A stretch of DNA of 64,000 bases from Planctomycetota bacterium (GCA_023954375.1 JAMLIC010000006.1:82972-146971); one strand, 5' to 3'. Numbered from the stretch's first letter, positions 48,870 to 58,876 are shown. Numbers and translations are program-made. The notes: a model not told the origin generated them from the letters alone.

Positions 48870-51205
48870 CCTGGCTCGAGGGCGCGCTGCGGCTCCTCCT
48901 GCGCCGCCGGGCGGCGGCCGCGGCGCTGCTGGCGCTGGTCACGGCGGGCAGCCTCGTGGGGGCCTCGCGGCTGACCGTCCAGGGCTCGATCGAGGCGTGG
49001 TTCCTCGAGGACGACGCCAGCCTGGGGCGCTACCACGCCTTCCGCGAGCGCTTCGGCGCGGACGAGTTCGTGGTGGTGGCCGCGATCGGCCCGGGCGCGC
49101 GCACGCCGGCCGGCCTGGCGCTCATGGAGCGCGTGCGCCGCGCGGCCGAGCGCCTCCCCGAGGTCCACCGCACGCGCTGGGTGACGAACGCCGCCGTGGT
49201 CCAGCCGCGGGGCGACGACGCCCTGGACACGGGCCCCCTGGCCGCGACCCTGCCCGCCGACCCGGCCGGCGTCGACGCGCTGTGGGCCCGGGCGGCCTCG
49301 CTGCGCGCCGCCCGCGGCCTGGTCGTCGACGGGCCGGCGCCGGCCACGTCGATGCTCGTGGAGCTGCGGCGCGAGGCGCAGACGATCGACGGCAAGCTGG
49401 CGCTCGTGGACGGCCTGCGCCGCGCCCTCGCCGCGGCGGGCGCCGCCGAGGTGCCGGACGTCGAGGTCGTGCTCAGCGGGCCGCCGGTCTTCGACGAGGC
49501 GTTCGTCCGCCACACCGAGCGCGACCTCGCGGCCCTGGCGCCGCTGGGGCTGGCCCTCCTCCTCGGCGTGCTCTGGGTGTCCCTGCGCAGCCTGGCGCAC
49601 GCGCTCGTCCCGGTCGGCGTCGTCGCCGCCGCCACCTGCTGGCTCCTCGGCGCGATGGGCCTGATCGGCCACGAGCTGGGGATCACCTCGAGCAACCTCC
49701 TGTGCGTGGTCCTGGCCGTCGGCGTGGCGGACGGGGTCCACCTGGTGAGCGAGCTGCGCGCGGGCCTCGCGCGGGGGCTGGCGCGCGAGGACGCCATCTG
49801 CGCCGCGGCGGCCGGCGTGTTCGTCCCCTGCACGCTGACCACGGCGACCACGGCGCTGGGGATGCTGTCCCTCTGCGCGGGCGAGATCCTGCCGATCCGC
49901 GAGTTCGGCCTGCAGGCCGCCCTGGGGGTGGCGCTCTGCTGGGCGGCCACGTTCACCCTGGCGCCGCTGCTCGCCTCCGTCGTCGCGGCGCGCGCGGCGC
50001 CCGCGCCCGGCCCGCACTGGGCGGCGCGCGTCGGCCGACTCGGCCGCCGGGGGCGCCTGGCGGTGCTGTGGGGCGCGGCGCTCGTGGTGGCCGCCTCGCT
50101 GGCCGGGCTGGCCCGCCTCGAGGTGGGGGTGAACCCGGTGGAGTACTTCCGCCGCGACGACCCCGTGCGCCGCGCGACCGAGCGGATCGACGCCACCCTC
50201 GGGGGCACCGCGAACCTCGAGCTGTGGGTGCGCGCGCGCGGGGAGGCGGGCCTCGAGGACCCGGCCGCGCTGGCGCGGCTCGAGGCCCTGCGCCGCGACC
50301 TCGAGCGCGAGCGCGGCGTCTCCTACAGCCAGTCGCTCCTCGACCCCATGAGCGACCTGCACCGCGCCTTCGCCGGCGAGGACGGCCTCCCCGCGGCGCG
50401 GGAGCTGGCCGCGCAGTACCTCCTCGTGCTCGCGTCGGACGAGCAGCTCGGCCGCCTCGTCCAGCCCGACCACCGCGGCGGCCGGCTCAGCCTGCGCACG
50501 CAGATGTCCATGACCGACCGGCCGCTCGAGGTCATCGAGCGCGTGGCGGCGCGCGCGGCGGACCCGGCCCTGGCGGCCGCCGGGGTGGACGTCGAGGTCA
50601 CGGGCTACGTGCACCTGATGGCGACCATGTACGACCACCTGCTGCGCAGCCAGCTGAAGTCGCTCCTGCTCGCCTTCGTGACCGTCACCGTCTGCATGGT
50701 GGCGCTGGCGCGCTCGCTGCGCCTCGGCCTCGTCTCCATGGTCCCCAACGTCCTGCCCGTCGTGGTCGGCGGCGGCCTCATGGGGGCGCTCGGCATCCGC
50801 CTGGACGTGGGGACCGTCATGATCGCCGGGGTCGTGCTCGGGCTGGTCGTCGACGACACGACGCACCTCCTGGCGCGCCTGACCCGCTCCCTGCGGGCCG
50901 CGCCCGACCGGCCCGCGGAGGACGCGGTCGCGCAGGCGCTGGGGGAGCTCGGCCGCCCGCTCGTGACCACGAGCGTGGCCCTCGCGGCGGGCTTCGGAGC
51001 GCTCGCCTGCGGGCACTTCCTCGTGAACGTCTACTTCGGGCTCATGTCCGCGGTCGTGGTGCTCGTGGCGCTGGTCGCCGACCTCGTGGTCACGCCCACG
51101 CTCGTCGTCGTGCTCGCGCCCTGGCTCCTCGGGCGCGGCGAGCCGGCGGCGGCCGGCGCGCCGTGCGAACGCGCGGCCGCGCCCCCGGCGAGCGCGGCGG
51201 CCTGA
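48866..51205 (+). CDS. MMPL/RND-superfamily lipid transporter (HpnN-like)
   Basis: GTG start overlaps the P450 stop (GTGA). Two repeats of a periplasmic domain followed by a TM bundle, 12 TM helices in all. The MMPL/sterol-sensing-like TM region (GLALLLGVLWVSLRSL...GVADGVHLVSEL) is duplicated in the C-terminal half. Confidence 0.8.
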   Translation: MTWLEGALRLLLRRRAAAAALLALVTAGSLVGASRLTVQGSIEAWFLEDDASLGRYHAFRERFGADEFVVVAAIGPGARTPAGLALMERVRRAAERLPEVHRTRWVTNAAVVQPRGDDALDTGPLAATLPADPAGVDALWARAASLRAARGLVVDGPAPATSMLVELRREAQTIDGKLALVDGLRRALAAAGAAEVPDVEVVLSGPPVFDEAFVRHTERDLAALAPLGLALLLGVLWVSLRSLAHALVPVGVVAAATCWLLGAMGLIGHELGITSSNLLCVVLAVGVADGVHLVSELRAGLARGLAREDAICAAAAGVFVPCTLTTATTALGMLSLCAGEILPIREFGLQAALGVALCWAATFTLAPLLASVVAARAAPAPGPHWAARVGRLGRRGRLAVLWGAALVVAASLAGLARLEVGVNPVEYFRRDDPVRRATERIDATLGGTANLELWVRARGEAGLEDPAALARLEALRRDLERERGVSYSQSLLDPMSDLHRAFAGEDGLPAARELAAQYLLVLASDEQLGRLVQPDHRGGRLSLRTQMSMTDRPLEVIERVAARAADPALAAAGVDVEVTGYVHLMATMYDHLLRSQLKSLLLAFVTVTVCMVALARSLRLGLVSMVPNVLPVVVGGGLMGALGIRLDVGTVMIAGVVLGLVVDDTTHLLARLTRSLRAAPDRPAEDAVAQALGELGRPLVTTSVALAAGFGALACGHFLVNVYFGLMSAVVVLVALVADLVVTPTLVVVLAPWLLGRGEPAAAGAPCERAAAPPASAAA

Positions 51206-51230
51206 CGCCCCCCCGCGCGAGCACCCCCGA

Positions 51231-51944
51231 TCAGACCACGTGCGACCACGCGAACGCCGGGCAGCCGATCGCGACGACCTCGACCTCGCCCGTGTAGACC
51301 CGCGCCCCGGGCGCGGCGAAGCCGACCTTCTCGTGCACGAAGGTCACCGTGCGAACGGCCCGCGCGGCGGCGCCCAGCGGGACGCCCCGGTCGGAGTCGA
51401 GGCCCGAGGGGATGTCGACCGCGACCCTCGGCCGCGGGTCCTGATCGAGGGCGCGGACGAGGCCGAGGCCCGGCTCGCGCAGGGCGCCCTCGAGGCCCGT
51501 CCCGTAGAGCGCGTCGACGACCAGCGCCGCCCCGGGCCGCGCCGCGAGCCAGGCGGCCAGGGCGGCCCCGTCGGGCGCCTCGTCGACCTGCTCCCCCGCG
51601 CGCTCGAGCACGGCGAGGTTCACGCCGGCGTCGGTCCCGCGGTCGACCAGCGCGAGGCGGCCGGCGAGGGCCACGCGCGGCCGCCAGCCGAGGAGCAGGA
51701 GGTGGCGCGCGAGGACGAAGCCGTCGCCGCCGTTGTTGCCGCGTCCGCAGACGACCAGGACCTCGGCCCCCGGCGGCGCGCCCCGCGCGCGCAGGTCGCG
51801 GTCGACGGCCGCGGTCAGGCCGCGGCCGGCGTTCTCCATGAGGACGAGGCCCGGGAGGCCCAGGTCCTCGATCGCCCGGCGATCGACCTCGCGCACCTCG
51901 GCGCGGGAGAGAGGGCGCGGTGGCCGGGCGAAGGTCGACTCCAT
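51231..51944 (-). CDS. nnrE: NAD(P)H-hydrate epimerase (YjeF N-terminal domain)
   Basis: AEVREVDRRAIEDLGLPGLVLMENAGRG...VLVVCGRGNNGGDGFVLARHL is the YjeF_N signature. ATG at 51944. The track ORF is extended upstream. Confidence 0.75.
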   Translation of the reverse strand: MESTFARPPRPLSRAEVREVDRRAIEDLGLPGLVLMENAGRGLTAAVDRDLRARGAPPGAEVLVVCGRGNNGGDGFVLARHLLLLGWRPRVALAGRLALVDRGTDAGVNLAVLERAGEQVDEAPDGAALAAWLAARPGAALVVDALYGTGLEGALREPGLGLVRALDQDPRPRVAVDIPSGLDSDRGVPLGAAARAVRTVTFVHEKVGFAAPGARVYTGEVEVVAIGCPAFAWSHVV

Positions 51945-52182
51945 GGCGCCCGAAGATACGGCCCTCGTGGCCGGCGACCAGGACACCTGGCGGGGACGCG
52001 CGTGGCCCCTCGGTTCCGGCGCCTCGGCCGGGCCGAGGCCCCCTGGCCACGCGGCCGCCGCCGCCGCGGGACGCCCGGGGCGCCCGAGGAGCGCGCGGCC
52101 GGCCGCCGCCTGGGCGCCGCCGTCGACTCCCTTGCAGGGCACGTCTATCATGTGCCGCCAACGGCAGGAGCGCGCGACACGC

Positions 52183-54942
52183 ATGAAGATCTCCGTCATC
52201 GGCACCGGCTACGTCGGCCTCGTCACCGGGACCTGCTTCGCCGACAACGGCAACGACGTCTGGTGCGTCGACATCGACGAGAAGAAGATCGAGCGGCTGA
52301 ACCGCGGCGAGGTCCCGATCTACGAGCCGGGCCTCGACCAGATGATCGAGCGCAACGTCCAGGGCGAGCGCCTCCGGTTCACGACCGACCTGGCCGACGC
52401 CGTCCGCCGCACGCGGATCGTGTTCCTCTGCGTCGGGACCCCGTCCGCGCCCGACGGCTCGCCCGACATGCGCTACGTCTACAAGGCCGCCGAGGACGTG
52501 GCCCGCGCCATGGAGGAGCACACGATCCTCGTCCTCAAGTCGACCGTCCCCGTGGGCACGGCCGCCGAGGTGCGCAAGCGCGTGGCGGCCGCCACGAAGC
52601 TCCCCTTCGACGTCGTCAGCAACCCCGAGTTCCTCAAGGAGGGCCACGCGGTCGACGACTTCCTCAAGCCCGACCGCGTCGTGATCGGCACCGACGACCC
52701 ACGCGTGGCCCTGATCATGAAGGAGCTCTACGACCCCTTCGTGCGCACGGGCAACCCGATCCTCGTCATGGACAACGTCTCGGCCGAGCTGACGAAGTAC
52801 GGCGCCAACGCGCTGCTCGCCGCGCGCATCTCGTTCATGAACGAGCTGGCCAACCTCGCCGACCGCGTCGGCGCCGACATCAACCAGGTGCGGCAGGGGA
52901 TGGGCAGCGATGCGCGGATCGGACACTCGTTCCTGTTCCCGGGCATCGGCTACGGGGGCAGCTGCCTCCTCGGCCGCGAGACCGTCCTGGTGCGCCAGGG
53001 CGGGCGGGTCCGGCTGACCCGCTTCGACCGCCTGTTCGCGGCGCTCGCGCCCGGGGCGGGCGATGAGGCCGGCGCGGTCGCGCCGGAGGGGCTCGAGGTC
53101 CTCTCCTGGGAGCCGTCGACGGGCGCGCCGTCGTGGCGGCCGGTCTCCGCCGTCACCCGCCGCCCCTTCGAGGGCGAGGCGCTCGAGGTGCGCACGAAGA
53201 TGGGCCGCCGGGTCCGCTGCACGCCCGACCACCCGTTCGTCGCCTCCGACGCGGCGCACGGTCCGCGGCGCGTCGTGCTCGCCGCCGAGCTGACCGCCGA
53301 CCACTGGCTGCCCCTGGCGCAGGGGCGCGAGCAGGGCGAGGCGCCGCGCCGCGTCGACCTGCTCGGGAGCCTCGAGCGGCTCGGCGTGCGCCAGGACGAG
53401 GTGATCGTCCGCTTGGCCCCCGCGGTCGCCGCGGCGCTGGACGTCCGCGTCGTCCGGGCCGCGATCGAGCGCCTCGGCGAGCACGCCTCGCCCGCATCGC
53501 GCGCCCACGACATCGTCCGCAACGGCGCGCTCCGCCTCCACGAGGCGCGCGCGCTGGGGGTGGCGCTCGAGGGCGCCGCGCTCGGGACGGCGAAGAACGG
53601 CACCTACGTGCCGACCGGCCTCGACCTCGACGAGGCGTTCTGGCGCGTCGTCGGGCTCTACATCGCCGAGGGTCACTGCTCGGTCGACGGGCGTCGGCAC
53701 CGGCTCTCCTGGTCGTTCCACCCGACCGACGAGGACGCCCTCGTCGAGGAGGTGGCGGCCTTCTGGGAGCGGCTGGGCGTCAAGGCGACGGTCCTCCGGC
53801 GGTCCACCACGACCCAGGTGACCGTCTCGTCGCGCCTCCTGGCGACCTGGTGGCTGGGTGAGCTCGGCCTCGGCGCCGACTGCTACGCGCAGCGCGTCCC
53901 CGACCTCGTCTGGGAGCAGCCCGAGGCCCACCGCCGGGCGCTGCTCGCCGGGGTCTGGCAGGGCGACGGGTCGTGGTCGCGCGTCAACGGCGGCCCGAGC
54001 GTCGTGCTCGAGCACGGCACGGCCAGCCCGGAGCTGGCGGACGGCCTCCTCCGGCTCCTCGGGGACCTCGGCATCGTGGCGCGGACCAAGGTGGGCCGCA
54101 CCGCGAAGTCGACCGTCGACACGCACTGGCTCGTGGTCTCCGGCGCCGACCAGGTCGAGCGGCTGGTCGACCTGGTGAAGCCGGCCCAGCGCGCCGACCT
54201 CGTCGGGAGCGTCGCGCGCCAGCTGAAGCGCATCGCCCCAACGGGGTACCGGCGCTTCGAGGGGGACGCGTCGGCCTGGGTCCGCGTGACCGAGGTCCGT
54301 CGCCGCCCCTACCAGGGCTGGGTCTACTCGCTCGAGGTCCCCGGGCCCGAGACGTTCGTGACGACGGGCGGCCTCGTCGTCCACAACTGCTTCCCCAAGG
54401 ACGTGGACGCCCTCGGTTACACCGGCAAGAACGCCGGCATGGACCTCAAGCTGCTCGCCGCCACCAACGAGGTGAACCGCACGCAGAAGCGGGTCCTGTT
54501 CGACAAGATCAGCGCGCGCTTCGGCGGCGACCTGAAGGGCAAGCGGATCGCGATCTGGGGCCTGGCGTTCAAGCCGCGCACCGACGACATGCGCGAGGCG
54601 CCCTCGCTGACCGTGATCGGCCTCCTGCTCGAGGCCGGCGCCACCGTCCACGCCTACGACCCGGCGGCGACCGAGACGACCCGCGCCGTGCTGGGCGACA
54701 GGATCCAGTACGCGCAGAAGCAGTACCGGGCGCTCGAGGGCGCCGACGCGCTGGCGATCTGCACCGAGTGGAACGAGTTCCGCCGCCCCGACTGGGAGCG
54801 GATCAGGGCGTCGCTCCGGCAGCCGATCATCTTCGACGGCCGCAACATCTTCGAGCCGGCGCGCGTCGAGGAGGCGGGCTTCGAGTACTACGGCATCGGC
54901 CGCGGGCGCAAGCTCGAGCTGTCGCCGCGGGCGAGGGGCTGA
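52183..54942 (+). CDS. ugd: UDP-glucose 6-dehydrogenase interrupted by an in-frame intein (precursor 919 aa)
   Basis: N-extein MKISVIGTGYVGLVTG...GIGYGGS, then the intein, then C-extein CFPKDVDALGYTG...KPRTDDMREAPS... Splicing would restore the catalytic motif GGSCFPKD. All Ugd signature segments are present in the exteins. Confidence 0.9.
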   Translation: MKISVIGTGYVGLVTGTCFADNGNDVWCVDIDEKKIERLNRGEVPIYEPGLDQMIERNVQGERLRFTTDLADAVRRTRIVFLCVGTPSAPDGSPDMRYVYKAAEDVARAMEEHTILVLKSTVPVGTAAEVRKRVAAATKLPFDVVSNPEFLKEGHAVDDFLKPDRVVIGTDDPRVALIMKELYDPFVRTGNPILVMDNVSAELTKYGANALLAARISFMNELANLADRVGADINQVRQGMGSDARIGHSFLFPGIGYGGSCLLGRETVLVRQGGRVRLTRFDRLFAALAPGAGDEAGAVAPEGLEVLSWEPSTGAPSWRPVSAVTRRPFEGEALEVRTKMGRRVRCTPDHPFVASDAAHGPRRVVLAAELTADHWLPLAQGREQGEAPRRVDLLGSLERLGVRQDEVIVRLAPAVAAALDVRVVRAAIERLGEHASPASRAHDIVRNGALRLHEARALGVALEGAALGTAKNGTYVPTGLDLDEAFWRVVGLYIAEGHCSVDGRRHRLSWSFHPTDEDALVEEVAAFWERLGVKATVLRRSTTTQVTVSSRLLATWWLGELGLGADCYAQRVPDLVWEQPEAHRRALLAGVWQGDGSWSRVNGGPSVVLEHGTASPELADGLLRLLGDLGIVARTKVGRTAKSTVDTHWLVVSGADQVERLVDLVKPAQRADLVGSVARQLKRIAPTGYRRFEGDASAWVRVTEVRRRPYQGWVYSLEVPGPETFVTTGGLVVHNCFPKDVDALGYTGKNAGMDLKLLAATNEVNRTQKRVLFDKISARFGGDLKGKRIAIWGLAFKPRTDDMREAPSLTVIGLLLEAGATVHAYDPAATETTRAVLGDRIQYAQKQYRALEGADALAICTEWNEFRRPDWERIRASLRQPIIFDGRNIFEPARVEEAGFEYYGIGRGRKLELSPRARG
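52963..54387 (+). mobile_element. Intein (475 aa) with LAGLIDADG homing-endonuclease domain inside ugd
   Basis: Begins with Cys1 (CLLGRETVLV). Ends with the canonical His-Asn (GGLVVHN) followed by +1 Cys (CFPKD). Block B-like TPDHPF. Two LAGLIDADG motifs: VGLYIAEGHCS and LLAGVWQGDGSWS. Confidence 0.85.
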
Positions 54943-54945
54943 GCC

Positions 54946-55902
54946 GTGCCGCGCACGGTCGTCACCGGCGGGGCCGGGTTCATCGGCTCGCACCTGTGCG
55001 AGCACTTCGTCGCGCAGGGCCACGAGGTCATCTGCATCGACAACCTGCTCACGGGGAGCCGCGACAACGTCGCGCACCTCGAGGGCGACGAGCGCTTCCG
55101 CTTCCGCCTGCACGACGTCACCACCTACATCGACGTGCCGGGGCCCGTGGACAACGTGCTCCACTTCGCGTCGCCGGCGTCGCCGGCCGACTTCGAGCGG
55201 CTGCCCATCCAGATCATGAAGGTCGGGGCCCACGGCACGCACAACGCGCTCGGCCTGGCCAAGGCGAAGAAGGCGCGCTTCCTCCTCGCGTCGACCAGCG
55301 AGGTCTACGGCGACCCCGAGGTCAACCCGCAGCCCGAGAGCTACCTGGGCCGCGTCAACTGCATCGGCATCCGCGGCGTCTACGACGAGGCGAAGCGCTT
55401 CGCCGAGGCGCTGACCATGGCCTACCGGCGCGTGCACGGCGTCGAGACGCGGATCGTCCGCATCTTCAACACTTACGGCCCGCGCATGCAGCTCGACGAC
55501 GGGCGCGCCCTGCCGAACTTCATCACGCAGGCGCTCACGGGCGAGCCGCTGACGGTCTACGGCGACGGCTCGCAGACGCGCTCGTTCGGCTTCGTGTCGG
55601 ACCTCGTGGACGGGATCGACCGCCTCCTGCGCTCGGACGTGTGGGAGCCGGTGAACATCGGGAACCCCGAGGAGATCACCCTCCTGCAGGCCGCGCGCGA
55701 GGTGCTCGAGCTCACCGGGAGCCGGAGCGAGCTCGTGTTCAGGCCGCTGCCGCCGGGCGACCCGAAGGTCCGCCGCCCCGACATCACGCGCGCGCGCGAC
55801 CTGCTCGGCTGGACGCCGACGGTGGCCCGGCGCGTCGGCTATCAGCGCACGATCGACGACTTCCGCGCGCGGCTCGAGGCGAAGGGGCTCCTGCGGAGCT
55901 GA
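54946..55902 (+). CDS. uxs: UDP-glucuronate decarboxylase (UDP-xylose synthase, SDR family)
   Basis: [10 protein letters not shown] Rossmann motif and YDEAK catalytic motif. Closely collinear with UXS enzymes (NIGNPEE...[11 protein letters not shown]). GTG start 3 nt after the ugd stop. Confidence 0.85.
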   Translation: MPRTVVTGGAGFIGSHLCEHFVAQGHEVICIDNLLTGSRDNVAHLEGDERFRFRLHDVTTYIDVPGPVDNVLHFASPASPADFERLPIQIMKVGAHGTHNALGLAKAKKARFLLASTSEVYGDPEVNPQPESYLGRVNCIGIRGVYDEAKRFAEALTMAYRRVHGVETRIVRIFNTYGPRMQLDDGRALPNFITQALTGEPLTVYGDGSQTRSFGFVSDLVDGIDRLLRSDVWEPVNIGNPEEITLLQAAREVLELTGSRSELVFRPLPPGDPKVRRPDITRARDLLGWTPTVARRVGYQRTIDDFRARLEAKGLLRS

Positions 55903-55944
55903 CCGCGCTCGCGGGCTGAGACCCCGCGCAGGCGCCGGGACGGC

Positions 55945-56964
55945 TCAGCGGCGCCGGCGCAGGGCCCACCCCGTGACCAGGAGCAGCGCCCCGATGACGG
56001 TGATCACCACCGTGGCGGCGCGCCCGTCGCGCGCCTTCCGCTCGAGCTCGCGCAGCACGGCGTCGCGGGAGGGGCGGGTCGAGACGACGCTGCCGGGGCC
56101 GCCGCCGATCACGCCGTTGGCCGCATCGCCGGCGACGGTCACGGGCCGGTCGGCGCGGATCGCCTCGACCCCCCGGGTGTGGGTCCCCACCGGCGCCACG
56201 AGCGTGACCGGCGCGTCCCACGTCGTCGTCGCGTCGGGGCGCACCTCGAGCGCTCCCACGCGGAACGAGTCGACCCACCGCGACCTCGCCGCGCCTCCGG
56301 GGCCGGGCTCGGAGAGCCACAGGCACACGACGCCGTCGGAGGTGACAGGGGCGCCCGCCCCGACCACGGGGAGGACGTTCTCGACCGCCACGGGGCCGCT
56401 CGCCCGGCTGGCCTCCTCGGCGGTCATCACCTTCGTCGCGCCGAGGCGCGCGGCGATCTCGGCGTCGGACTGCGCGCCGACGATGCCGAACAGGCCCGAG
56501 GTGAGGCAGCACAGGCCCATCGCCAGGGCGAGGCAGGCCAGGGGGCCGCAGCCGCCCGCGGCCGCGGCCGACCCCTCGCCGACGGACGCCGCCGCGTCGA
56601 CCCCCCGGGCCATGGGGACGAAGGCGCTCACCTGCTCGACCGTGAGCGCCTCGAGCGAGTGGCCGGGGGGCAGGAGCGCGGGGAGGCGCTGGGCCATGAG
56701 CGGCTGGACCTGCTCGGCCGTCGCCTGCGGGCCGAGCGCGGTGATCGCCGCGCCGAAGGCCGCCTCGGCGGCGACGCGCGCCGGGTCCGCCCCGGCCGAC
56801 GCGGGGGCGCTCACGCGCAGGATGCCGCGGCCCACCGGGCCCTGGCCGGCGCGCACCTGCCAGTGGACCTCGAGCGTCCGGACCGCCTGGAGCGGCTGGT
56901 CACAGTACTGGCAGCGCGTCGCGCTCCCGGCGTTGTCGCCGCCGCAGCTCCTGCAGGTCGCCAC
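55945..56964 (-). CDS. Hypothetical zinc-ribbon membrane protein
   Basis: N-terminal CRSCGG...CQYC zinc ribbon. Central Cys-rich TM region (GGCGPLACLALAMGLCCLTSGLFGIVGA). C-terminal TM helix. Confidence 0.45.
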   Translation of the reverse strand: MATCRSCGGDNAGSATRCQYCDQPLQAVRTLEVHWQVRAGQGPVGRGILRVSAPASAGADPARVAAEAAFGAAITALGPQATAEQVQPLMAQRLPALLPPGHSLEALTVEQVSAFVPMARGVDAAASVGEGSAAAAGGCGPLACLALAMGLCCLTSGLFGIVGAQSDAEIAARLGATKVMTAEEASRASGPVAVENVLPVVGAGAPVTSDGVVCLWLSEPGPGGAARSRWVDSFRVGALEVRPDATTTWDAPVTLVAPVGTHTRGVEAIRADRPVTVAGDAANGVIGGGPGSVVSTRPSRDAVLRELERKARDGRAATVVITVIGALLLVTGWALRRRR

Positions 56965-57012
56965 GCGGGGATCGTCGCTCGTCCGGCGCCGCCGTGCAAG
57001 CGCGGGTCGCGC

Positions 57013-57639
57013 TCAGCGCTCGGCGACGAGCGCCGCGCGGACGGGCGAGGCATCGGCGCCCTCGAGGCGGAGCGGCAGGGCGACGAGCGTGTAGCGCCCC
57101 GGCGGCGCCTGCTCGAGGACGAGCCCCTCGAGGTTGGCGATGCCGTGGCGCAGCAGCGCCTGGTGCGTGAGGAGCGCCCGGTCGTCGTACGGGTCCACCG
57201 AGGGGGTGTCGATCCCGACGAGCACCGCGCCGCGCGCGGCCAGGTGCTCGATCAGCTCCGGCGAGAGGCTGGCGAAGTCCGCGTTCCAGGCCTCGGGGTC
57301 GGGGAAGGTGCCCGTCCGCAGGAGGAGCCGCGGGGTCGCGACCTCGTCGGGCAGGTGCTCGGGCAGGACGCGCGCGCCGCGGGCCACGTCGACCCACATG
57401 ACCTGGCAGGGCCCGTAGTAGAGCTCGAGGGGGCGCGCGGCGATGTCGGGCGCGCCGGCGGCGTAGTGCGAGGGCGCGTCGGCGTGCGCGCCCAGGTGCA
57501 CGGTCGTCTCGACCGCGCTCAGGTCGATGTTCGCCCCCTGCGCGATGCTCAGCGACGCGCGGCGCCGGTAGGGCACGTCGTCCGGCCACACCGCGATGCG
57601 CTCGCTCACGAGCGGGGAGATGTCGATCAGCCTCGGCAT
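57013..57639 (-). CDS. Putative cyclase / kynurenine formamidase family protein
   Basis: HLGAHADAPSH matches the cyclase-family metal motif HxGTHxDxPxH. 208 aa. ATG at 57639. Confidence 0.65.
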   Translation of the reverse strand: MPRLIDISPLVSERIAVWPDDVPYRRRASLSIAQGANIDLSAVETTVHLGAHADAPSHYAAGAPDIAARPLELYYGPCQVMWVDVARGARVLPEHLPDEVATPRLLLRTGTFPDPEAWNADFASLSPELIEHLAARGAVLVGIDTPSVDPYDDRALLTHQALLRHGIANLEGLVLEQAPPGRYTLVALPLRLEGADASPVRAALVAER

Positions 57640-57656
57640 GCCGCCACGATACGCGG

Positions 57657-58876
57657 TCAGGCCTCCCGCAGGAGCCGCGGCGCGGCGAGCGCCGCCCAGG
57701 CCGCGGTCGCCAGGAGGAACGCGGCCGCGGAGAGCCCGAGCCACAGCCACAGGCGGGCGGGGTCGAAGCTGACGGCGAGCCGCAGCGCCAGCGCGGCGAC
57801 GAGCAGGAGGCCGAGCGCGGCCACCTGCCAGGGGCGCCCGAGGAGGCGGCGCTCGTCGCCGGCGTGGGCCAGGGTCACGTGGACGGCGACCGAGAGCGCC
57901 AGCGCGGCGAAGCCGCCGAGGAAGAGCACGTGCAGGGCGCCCGTGCGCTGGGCCGGGAAGGCCGCGGCGAGGAGCAGCCCGACCGGGACGCACCAGGCGC
58001 CCAGCCACACGAGCCAGCGATGCAGGCCCGGCAGGGTCGGCCGGCGGGCGAGGCCCGCGGCGCCGACGAGGACGACGAGCGCGACGAGGCCGCGCACGCC
58101 GAGGCCGGCGCGCGCGTCCACGTACTCCTCCACGACGAAGCTCCCGGCGAGGAGCAGCGCCGCCAGGAGGTGCGAGGCGAGCGCCCGGCGGTCGCGCGGG
58201 CCGGCGTCGGGTGGCGCGGTCGCGCGCGTGATGAGCGGGATGACCATGCTCCCGACGCCCAGGATCAGGCCCACGAACATGCCCTGGACGAGGAGGCCCT
58301 TGCCGACGGTGTGCAGGGGGCGCCACTCGGGGCCGAGCGCGCGGAGCGCCATGAGGAGCGAGCCGGCCAGGCCCATGAGGAACGAGAGCGGCACCCACAC
58401 GAACGCGACGGGCGGCCGCCGCCGGGCCGCCGCCCCGCCGCGCAGGCGGCGGACGACGAACCCGACCAGCGTGGCGACGAGGACGAGCCAGGCGACCTGC
58501 GACCAGGCGAACCGCTCGAACACGGCGGCGATCGTGGTGAGGGTCGGCGCGAGGGCCGCCACGACGACGACGCCCGCCGAGGCCGGCGCGCTGCCCGTCC
58601 GGCGCGGGATGGCCGTGAGCAGGAAGCCGGCCGCGAAGCACATCATGAAGCCCTGGACCTGGGCGATCGCGTGGTCGGCCGACGAGAACGTCCCCACACC
58701 GGCCGTGGCCAGCAGCAGCCACTTGGCCACGCCGACCCAGCCCAGGACCACGCCGAGGGGGAACAGGAGCCGGTACGGCTCGCGGCGCCACAGCGGGGCG
58801 TCGTCGGTGAGCGGCGGAGGGACGAGGTCGTGGCCGGCGCCGACCGGCCCCTCGCAGCTCGCCTCCTCGGGGATCA
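57657..58876 (-). CDS. nnrS: NnrS-family haem-copper membrane protein
   Basis: About 12 TM helices. N-terminal PLWRREPYRLLFPLG. HAIAQVQGFMMCFAAGFLLTAIPRRTG corresponds to the NnrS HAHEMVFGF...GFLLTAVPNWTG signature. Confidence 0.6.
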
